From assembly GCA_052036055.1 (NCBI GenBank), contig JBPOHB010000024.1, forward strand, positions 1 to 31,900: 31,900 bases of DNA. Reading direction: 5' to 3'. The DNA comes from Bacillota bacterium (GTDB lineage Bacteria > Bacillota > Clostridia > Saccharofermentanales > Saccharofermentanaceae). The stretch's first letter is position 1, and each line of letters starts with the position of its first letter. Of the stretch, positions 9,148 through 15,963 are shown piece after piece. A program made the translations under genes and the position numbers. The notes under the pieces were generated by a model. That model saw only the letters and a list, made by a program, of their open reading frames with translations, made no database searches and had not been told where the DNA came from.

Positions 9148-9270
9148 ATGCCTGATAATAACCGCCTCCTTATCATCGAGGATAATTCTCGGCTTCGTAA
9201 GGAGCTGGTGGTTTTTTGTGTGGAAATGGTTACATATGCGAAGCCCCGGATTCCTTTGATACGATTGCCA
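9148..9270 (+). pseudogene. N-terminal remnant of a BceR/GraR(OmpR)-type response regulator, frameshifted at a T6 tract
   Basis: AGGAG SD at 9136-9140; MPDNNRLLIIEDNSRLRKELVVF, then after a one-base shift (L)CGNGYICEAPDSFDTIA, matching receiver beta1-alpha1-beta2 (I-I-E-D...L...G-Y...A-P-x-x-F). The phospho-Asp region and DNA-binding domain are absent. The end coordinate is approximate. Confidence 0.7.
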
Positions 9271-10286
9271 CAACCAGTAGTGATACGAGCCTTTCTGATG
9301 CGATTGCAAGTACAGGTGTTGATTTAGCGGATTACACAGATTCCGATCTGCAAATCACGACATATCAGAACTCGACCATACAGCAAAGTGCCCTAATCAC
9401 AGATGATGTATACAATGCGCTTCACAAGAATTTCTACATCTCTGACCTTGCGCAGCCCGTTGTGTTGATTTCGCTAACAGACTACAATGATCTTCTGAAA
9501 AAGAACGATCTCGATACGATTTCGCTGGATGACAAGGAAGTAGCAATCGCGTATTCGAGGTATAGTGAGACGGCGTCAAAGGTACTTGCGGATACATGGA
9601 TTGGCAAAGATGGTATCCAATTAGGCGGGGAATCATATGCGATCTACCCCAAAATCATGGATGATACGATCTTTATGAATTATGAAGCTTCAAACTTTGC
9701 ACTCGTTGTGCCCGATTCGTTTCTGAAAACAGCAGACGGCTCGCTTCAGACGGGGATTACACCCAGCCAGGATATTCTCGTATTTGATTGTATCGGAGAT
9801 AGCAGTACTCTTCAGGACTCTTTTACAGAGAAGGTTGGAGACAATGTCGCTCTGATCACCGCGAATTCTGTTCGGGCCAGCTACGCTGGATCAACGGCAA
9901 TTCTGTCATATGTCGGCATCTATCTGGGACTGATATTTGTTCTGACAAGCGCGGCAGTCCTGTCCCTTCAACAGATGTCTGAGATTTCTGACAATCGACA
10001 ACGCTATCTTGTTCTCAAAAAAGTCGGTACAGATCCTAGGATGATAAACGGGGCTATTTTCCGGCAAACGGCTATTTACTTCTTGCTCCCGCTTTCGCTG
10101 GCGGTGATTCATTCTGTAGTTGGGCTGAAAGTTGCAAACGAAGCAATAGCGACACTCGGCGGAATCAATGTTGCGCAGAACGTAGTCATTACGGCAATTC
10201 TGATTCTGCTCATCTACGGCACGTATTTCCTTGCAACCTATTCAAGCTGCAAACAGATGATCATTCGCGAGGGGAAAAGCGAATAG
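9271..10286 (+). pseudogene. C-terminal half of a BceB/FtsX-type ABC permease (extracellular loop plus last 3 TM helices)
   Basis: YVGIYLGLIFVLTSAAVLSLQQMSE..DNRQRYLVLKKVG...IFRQTAIYFLLPLSLAVIHSVVG is the BceB-family C-terminus; N-terminal TM helices, native start and cognate ATPase gene are missing. The start coordinate is approximate. Confidence 0.8.
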
Positions 10287-10310
10287 TGTCAAATATTCTC
10301 CCTGATTCGA

Positions 10311-10349
10311 AAGAGCCCGGATGCTGCCACGAGCATTGTCCGGGCTCTT
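10311..10349 (+). terminator. Stem-loop, probable terminator
   Basis: AAGAGCCCGGA...TCCGGGCTCTT 11-bp inverted repeat with inner TGCT/AGCA pairing, 25 nt after the stop; U-tract weak. Confidence 0.6.
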
Positions 10350-10662
10350 CAATTGTGAAGATTTTGTTCGCAATTCGTCGGATTTTGTGCGTCGGCGAAA
10401 CGAAATAAGAGAAATTTTAGGTTCGCTAGTATTTCACAAGAAAGAAGAATCATCCGTTTTGCGCGAAACGAATCGTTTTTTCAGCAAAAACAGCGGTTTT
10501 CATAGAAAGATGCATTTGTTAACCATTTGTTCACAAATAGAGGCCGATTTTGATGCAAATGTTAACAATTGTGAAATGACTTTCCAATGATGTCGGCGCA
10601 TAATGTCTCTAGGGAGAAAATGAGAGTATATGCACAATGTGCAAATTGGACTGGAGGCGCTT

Positions 10663-11691
10663 ATGATTAGGCAATATCTTATTACTGACGGCACATGTCA
10701 ATTGGGAAATGTTATCGTCAGAATGCTACTGGATAATCGGCAAAAGGTCAGAGTATTAGTCAATCCGGAAGACAGCATGGAAGCTCTTGAAGGATTACCG
10801 ATTGAAATTTGCTATGGTTCTGTTTTGGTAAAAGATTCCATGAAGGAATTTTATGCTTTACCCGACCCACGATCGGCAATACTCATTCATACAGCAGAGA
10901 AGGTTTCGATCAGTGTTCAGAGAGACCCATCCATTCATCGGATCAATGTTCAGGGAACAATTAATGTGACGGATATGTGTGTCAAGATGAAGATTGGTCG
11001 ACTCATTTACATTGGCGCGGCCAGTGCAATTCCTTATGCGAGCAATGGGAAACCCGTTCAGGAGATTGAATACTTTAACAGAGATAAAGTGGAAGGTGAT
11101 TTCGCCAAATCTAAGGCGGAAGCATCGCAGTATATTTTGGACAAGGTCAAGCTAAATGGTTTGTATGCCGTTATTGTCCATCCGTCTGGAATTATCGGAC
11201 CATTCGATTATCGGATGTCGGATATTGCCGTACTGATTCAAGAGTATCTTGACGGTAAGCTAATCGCTGGCGTGGAAGGCGGGTATGATTTCGCCGATGT
11301 CAGAGATGTCGCAAAAGCGGTCATAGCTGCTTCCGAGCGCGGAGAGAAGGGCGCAAACTATCTTCTGTCCAACCAGTATGTCAGTGTTAAAGAATTCCTT
11401 GATGATCTGAATGTGATTACGGGTGAAAAGCGAGTCAAGAAAGTACTGCCGCTCTGGTTCATTCGGAGAGCCGCACCACTGACAAGTGTGTATTGCAAGA
11501 TTCGTAAACTTCCCTCACCATATTCGCAGTACTCGCTTTTTACCGTGCACAGCAAATCGAAATATGATCATAGCCGTGCAGAGGCAGAGCTTGAGTATTG
11601 CCCAAGAGACGTTAACGATTCTCTTGCCGATACGGTCCTCTGGATTGAGAACAGAAGCCATTTAGCAGAGAAGGCAACCGAGAAGCAATAA
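10663..11691 (+). CDS. Atypical NAD-dependent epimerase/dehydratase (extended SDR, HpnA/DFR-like, 342 aa)
   Basis: ATG 10663 with GGAGG SD; Rossmann-like N-terminus, IHTA, INVQGT, VHPSGIIGP and GYDFADVRDVA motifs; glycine-rich and YxxxK motifs degenerate. Confidence 0.85.
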   Translation: MIRQYLITDGTCQLGNVIVRMLLDNRQKVRVLVNPEDSMEALEGLPIEICYGSVLVKDSMKEFYALPDPRSAILIHTAEKVSISVQRDPSIHRINVQGTINVTDMCVKMKIGRLIYIGAASAIPYASNGKPVQEIEYFNRDKVEGDFAKSKAEASQYILDKVKLNGLYAVIVHPSGIIGPFDYRMSDIAVLIQEYLDGKLIAGVEGGYDFADVRDVAKAVIAASERGEKGANYLLSNQYVSVKEFLDDLNVITGEKRVKKVLPLWFIRRAAPLTSVYCKIRKLPSPYSQYSLFTVHSKSKYDHSRAEAELEYCPRDVNDSLADTVLWIENRSHLAEKATEKQ

Positions 11692-11717
11692 GGTGTCACG
11701 TGCTATTCAACGAACCG

Positions 11718-11753
11718 AAAAGATACGATCCGGCAGCGCAGGTCGTATCTTTT
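11718..11753. terminator. Bidirectional terminator between convergent genes
   Basis: AAAAGATACGA...TCGTATCTTTT inverted repeat with A/T tails on both sides. Confidence 0.75.
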
Positions 11754-11764
11754 GCTATGTGGAA

Positions 11765-13180
11765 TTAATAGGGATCGGGTTCTTTGATTCCAACACCAAT
11801 CCATCTGCCGTCAATATCCTCAAAAACGAATTCTCTGTTCTGGTAATCGGTTTTCGACAATTCTCGAACAATTTTCACGCCAGCAAAGGATAACTCCGTC
11901 TGCAAAATGTCCTGCTCGGATGTGATGAAATAGGCGTCATAGCCATATCCATACAGCTCGCGATTCGGGAAAACTCGATCAGACTTTGCCTGTGTAAGGA
12001 TAATTTCAATATCGTCACGATACAGACAAATATGGGGCTCCTTCTTTTCTGTGTAAAAAACGGAAGAGAAACGGAGATAATCCTCATAATACTTGGCTGT
12101 TCGCAGAATATCGGGAACCGGGAATACACAGTGAGAAGAGGAGAGTAGTCGTAGTTCAGGCACTTTCTCGATCGGTTCCACGCGGGCGGTCATACCCAAT
12201 AGCGGTTTCCCGAAATGAATCGAAGATTCTGTTAGGAGATCCAACAGAAGGCCACGAAGATTCTGCATCCATTCTGGTTGTGGCTCAACGGTGCTGTCAA
12301 GAGCGTATAGTAGCCGACAATACGTATGGAGAGAAGAGAAGCGATGAAAGAGGGGCAGCAGCTCAAGTGAATCATCGGATATCGGGAAGAAAGACCGATA
12401 TCCCTTCAAAAACAGTGCGCGCGCGGTCTCGAAATCGCTCATACTCATATTTTTCTCAAGCTCATAGAAGGTGTTTGCCAGATCCATCACATAGAAGTGA
12501 TACATGGAATCATCAAAATCAATGGCAGAGAACGTGGCGGAACGCTTATCCCAGAAGACCTTGCCTGGCTTAAAATCATAATGAATCAGCCCATATGTTT
12601 GTGCCGTTCTGGGAAGTGTATTCATCAGTTTCTCCAGAAACTTTGCTTCAGCAAGGGCAATTTCCTGCCCGTCGATTTGCGAGAGAAATGTTGTCATCCA
12701 CGAGAAAACATCAAAATAGGATTGCCGTGGGCATTTCTCGTTACCATACTGAGAAGATTGCAGATGCAGGCTTCCAAGTGCCGCACCATACTTCTGCATC
12801 AGATTCTTTTTGAGACCCACTTCATCAAGACTCTCACCGGGAACGCGTGCGAATACGCAGGCAAGATATATGCCATATGTAGTATCCATTTTTTCGTAAT
12901 CTCGACCGTTAAGGGAAGGAACAATGCGCTGTGCAGGATAGCCTTTTCTCTCGAGATAGCGGAGAAAATCAAGCTCGGATATAAGCTGATCCTCTGATTT
13001 CTCGCAAAGGGGTGCGAAACGAAGGAATCGTATTTCATTATTTGCATGGAAGGGATAGACCGCATTTGAAGATATCTGATAATCGGACAGCAGAATATCA
13101 TCGTCATCATCATGAGCGAAATAGGAAAGAATTTCTTTTGTCAGTTCAGGGTGATCCACTAAATATTGCAGTTTGAGCAT
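11765..13180 (-). CDS. APH/choline-kinase-like phosphotransferase fused to a C-terminal VOC (glyoxalase/bleomycin-resistance) domain
   Basis: N-part: SSNAVY, FLRF, ELDFLRYL, GLIHYD, IDFDDS. C-part (~11765-12140): CVFPVPDILRTAKYY...GYDAYF...DYQNREFVFEDIDGRWI, a VOC pattern. Confidence 0.85.
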   Translation of the reverse strand: MLKLQYLVDHPELTKEILSYFAHDDDDDILLSDYQISSNAVYPFHANNEIRFLRFAPLCEKSEDQLISELDFLRYLERKGYPAQRIVPSLNGRDYEKMDTTYGIYLACVFARVPGESLDEVGLKKNLMQKYGAALGSLHLQSSQYGNEKCPRQSYFDVFSWMTTFLSQIDGQEIALAEAKFLEKLMNTLPRTAQTYGLIHYDFKPGKVFWDKRSATFSAIDFDDSMYHFYVMDLANTFYELEKNMSMSDFETARALFLKGYRSFFPISDDSLELLPLFHRFSSLHTYCRLLYALDSTVEPQPEWMQNLRGLLLDLLTESSIHFGKPLLGMTARVEPIEKVPELRLLSSSHCVFPVPDILRTAKYYEDYLRFSSVFYTEKKEPHICLYRDDIEIILTQAKSDRVFPNRELYGYGYDAYFITSEQDILQTELSFAGVKIVRELSKTDYQNREFVFEDIDGRWIGVGIKEPDPY

Positions 13181-13219
13181 ATTTCCTCCGTTTCATGCTG
13201 TGTCGCATATGCATGTCTG

Positions 13220-13681
13220 CTACTCTGATCGCAAGTAGCGCATGGGGGTGTAGCGAATGCCGTCAGTAGTCTGTTCGACATCGGTGCCTTGGAATCCAAG
13301 ACGCCTGTAGATGAAAGTCGCATATGGCGAAGAGTTTACCGTGATTTCGCGATGCCCGCCTGCCGTCACACTCGCAAGAACGTGCATAAAGAGCGCCCGA
13401 CCGATGCCTTTCTGCTGTTCATCCTTCGCGACAAAAAACAAAGAGATATGATTTGCCGCGCGCGTTGCAATTATGCCAAGGAGCTTATCCTGCTCGTAGG
13501 CGCCATAGAAACGAAGAACCCTAGCTTCAAGCATGCGGGTCATATTTTCTAGCTCAATGAAGTCGCAAAATGTATGTATGCCCGTCTCTTCATATTCCGG
13601 CGCTTCAAAGATATAAAACACATCTCGAACTAAGTCCAATGCCACAGGAAGATCGTACTTCTTAAGCTCTCGAATGACCAT
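13220..13681 (-). CDS. GNAT-family N-acetyltransferase
   Basis: HISLFFV...QQKGIGRAL acetyl-CoA motif A, ITVNSSPYA..YRRLGF; GGAG SD. Confidence 0.92.
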   Translation of the reverse strand: MVIRELKKYDLPVALDLVRDVFYIFEAPEYEETGIHTFCDFIELENMTRMLEARVLRFYGAYEQDKLLGIIATRAANHISLFFVAKDEQQKGIGRALFMHVLASVTAGGHREITVNSSPYATFIYRRLGFQGTDVEQTTDGIRYTPMRYLRSE

Positions 13682-13692
13682 ACATGCTCCCG

Positions 13693-14316
13693 TTATGCAA
13701 AAACAATGCCCGCAAGCACGGCGGGGATATCCGGTGAAACATTCGTGGCGAAACCATCTGACACGTCGCCAAAGACAACGGAGTAGATTCTGCCGTCAAC
13801 ATTTACATAGTAGTAATCGTATGTCATCGACATGTCCAGAACCGTACAGGTAAAGGAAAAGTGTCTTGCATCTTTGCCGGAGATAGTCAGTGTTGATGTC
13901 TCTCCGTAAACGACGTTAGTGAAGGCCCCCGTGAATGTCTCCTGAACGTATAAAACCGTATCATCAAGTGTCATGTCGTTCAAGTAATATTCGTATGTTA
14001 CCAGAAAGCTTGCCGTGCCCTTGGTGTACTGAGCAGGAAGAGCCGTGTCGGCAACGGCAGTCCAACCAGCAGGCACGGTAACAGTAAGTGTTGCCGCAGG
14101 GAGTGTCTCGGTGGTCTCCGTTACCTCGGACGTTGCTGTCTCCATTATCTCGGGGCTTGTCGTGGCATCAGTGATGTCCGTATCCGCAGAACCCACGCTT
14201 GTATCAGATACATCGGGAAGCGTCGCACTCGTTACAGCAGTCGTCTCGTTGTTGCTACAGCCAGAGAAGGAAAAGGCAAAAGCAAGTAGTAAGGCTGACA
14301 GGAATAATTTTCTCAT
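13693..14316 (-). CDS. Lipoprotein with Thr-rich linker and C-terminal PsbP/DUF1795-like domain (207 aa)
   Basis: MRKLFLSALLLAFAFSFSGC lipobox (start reassigned to 14316, GGAG SD); T/S/D/E-rich stalk; P-x-GW and beta-rich C-domain. The domain name is tentative. Confidence 0.7.
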   Translation of the reverse strand: MRKLFLSALLLAFAFSFSGCSNNETTAVTSATLPDVSDTSVGSADTDITDATTSPEIMETATSEVTETTETLPAATLTVTVPAGWTAVADTALPAQYTKGTASFLVTYEYYLNDMTLDDTVLYVQETFTGAFTNVVYGETSTLTISGKDARHFSFTCTVLDMSMTYDYYYVNVDGRIYSVVFGDVSDGFATNVSPDIPAVLAGIVFA

Positions 14317-14415
14317 TATGTTTTCACTCCGTATGTCCGTCAAGATTTGTTTTTCCTGTCTATTATAGTATCAAATGCCAAAAAGAGAAACGGGGCCAGT
14401 GAAATCGTTCTAATC

Positions 14416-14452
14416 GAAAAAGTCGGCAGAACACATTGTCCGCCGACTTTTC
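14416..14452 (-). terminator. Terminator of the DUF4353-VTC-DUF4956 operon
   Basis: AAAAGTCGGC...GCCGACTTTT inverted repeat just beyond the DUF4956 stop, giving a U-tract on the minus strand. Confidence 0.75.
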
Positions 14453-14461
14453 TCATGATGA

Positions 14462-15208
14462 TTACATGCTGACACATTGCCGATCATCGTATTCCTTCAT
14501 GGTAAGGGAAATATTTAGGTTCCCATTTCTGCAGCGAAGTTCATCAATGAATTTCTTCTGATCCGTATCAGATTTCATCTCCATACTATAATGCAGTTCA
14601 AACAGAGTTCCAAAATCAGAAGTTTTCACTTTCTTCAGGCTCCAGTTTTGCGTATATGTATCCAGAAGATCATCGAACAATCCTTGGAAATTCACGTTCT
14701 CCGGAACCGTAACAGCCAGATGAAGGGCTGTCGTTTTTCGCGAGGCAAAATGAACTTTGTAGAGGACAATCATGACCAATGAGAGTATGACTGCGAACAT
14801 AGCCGCCAAAGAAATGTAACCCATTCCGCAGGCAAGACCGACTGCTAAAGTGAAGAACACGTAAGCGATATCTTTAGCATCGCCGGGGGCGCTCCTGAAT
14901 CGAATCAAGCTGAAGGCGCCGGCAAGACTGAAGGCACGTGCAACATTGCTTCCGATGAGGAGGATAAGGACGGAAATAATGACCGGAAGCATAATCATTG
15001 TAATAACGAAGCTGCTTGTGTATCCCTCGCTTTGGTGCGTGAACATATAAACCAGGCTGATGATGAGCCCCAGAACTAACGAGGAAAAAATCGCAATGAG
15101 CAAAGCTTTCATGCTAATATTGTCATCCGTACTTGATGAAAAAAGAGATTGGATATCCAGAGAAGAGAGGGAAAGTCCCTTTACAGGGGCGGCAATAGAA
15201 TTTAGCAT
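14462..15208 (-). CDS. DUF4956-family membrane protein
   Basis: IGSNVARAFSLAGAFSLIRFRSAPGDAKDIAYVFF..AVGLACGMG and LRCRNGNLNISL motifs; AAGGAG SD. Confidence 0.92.
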   Translation of the reverse strand: MLNSIAAPVKGLSLSSLDIQSLFSSSTDDNISMKALLIAIFSSLVLGLIISLVYMFTHQSEGYTSSFVITMIMLPVIISVLILLIGSNVARAFSLAGAFSLIRFRSAPGDAKDIAYVFFTLAVGLACGMGYISLAAMFAVILSLVMIVLYKVHFASRKTTALHLAVTVPENVNFQGLFDDLLDTYTQNWSLKKVKTSDFGTLFELHYSMEMKSDTDQKKFIDELRCRNGNLNISLTMKEYDDRQCVSM

Positions 15209-15918
15209 AATGATTGTCTCCTTACATAATCTGTTCCGTATTTGGAAAAACTTGTCTTATATATCTGCAGATCCGAGAAGCGATCGGCAAGCCAGATCGG
15301 CACGGCGCCGGTGATCTTAACTTCCATCAATAACGTATCATTCGGCAAAAGAGCATCTCCATAACAAGACTGGTCTAAGCGAAGTGCCTCTCTGCGTGAG
15401 AAGATGTCGTAATCAAAGGTAATTCGAAAATCCGAATTGTCTTTGCCGAAAAAAGCTTTGCGCTTGTATCCGATATAGGTCGTCGGGTGGACTTCGTTAC
15501 AGGATAGAAAATAGGAAATTTCGTGTAGAACCTGTTCATTCATATAGCTCTTATACGGTGGCCGAATGCCCTCATCAATAAAGGCATTCGCCTGCGCTAA
15601 GGTCATGGTCGCACGGCGTTTATGGACAATGTTTGCTGTCTTCTTCTTGAGTTCAAGAAAGACAATGCTATCTGGCCGTGCCGGAGAATCATAGCAGCGC
15701 ATCCGAAACTTCTCTTTGTGATAGGGTTTGGCTAGAGAAGCAAGGATGATGGCGTTGTCCGGCGTGTCGTAGTAGATGTTATAAATTCCGTAATAGGCAT
15801 TGTCTTGACAGTAAAGATCAGGCTGCATGTATTTTGCTATGTCAGGCAGCAACTCTTTGTACTGGTTTCTTGTCAGTAGAAATTTGAGTTCATATCGCTT
15901 AAATGCAGAAATAGCCAT
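15202..15918 (-). CDS. VTC-domain protein (polyphosphate polymerase / CYTH-like tunnel family)
   Basis: FKRYELKFLL, IYNIYYDT, KEKFRMRCY, FLELKKK, YKRKAF, RITFD, LMEVK, FSKY. Confidence 0.93.
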   Translation of the reverse strand: MAISAFKRYELKFLLTRNQYKELLPDIAKYMQPDLYCQDNAYYGIYNIYYDTPDNAIILASLAKPYHKEKFRMRCYDSPARPDSIVFLELKKKTANIVHKRRATMTLAQANAFIDEGIRPPYKSYMNEQVLHEISYFLSCNEVHPTTYIGYKRKAFFGKDNSDFRITFDYDIFSRREALRLDQSCYGDALLPNDTLLMEVKITGAVPIWLADRFSDLQIYKTSFSKYGTDYVRRQSLC

Positions 15919-15963
15919 GATGGTGTCCTCCTCTCGAATATCGCGTGCAGAAAATGAGCTTAT

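Noticed and set aside
10321-10590. 89-aa ORF in the long intergenic region
   Set aside because: It starts inside a terminator-like hairpin, has no SD, shows no protein-like motif and overlaps putative operator sites.
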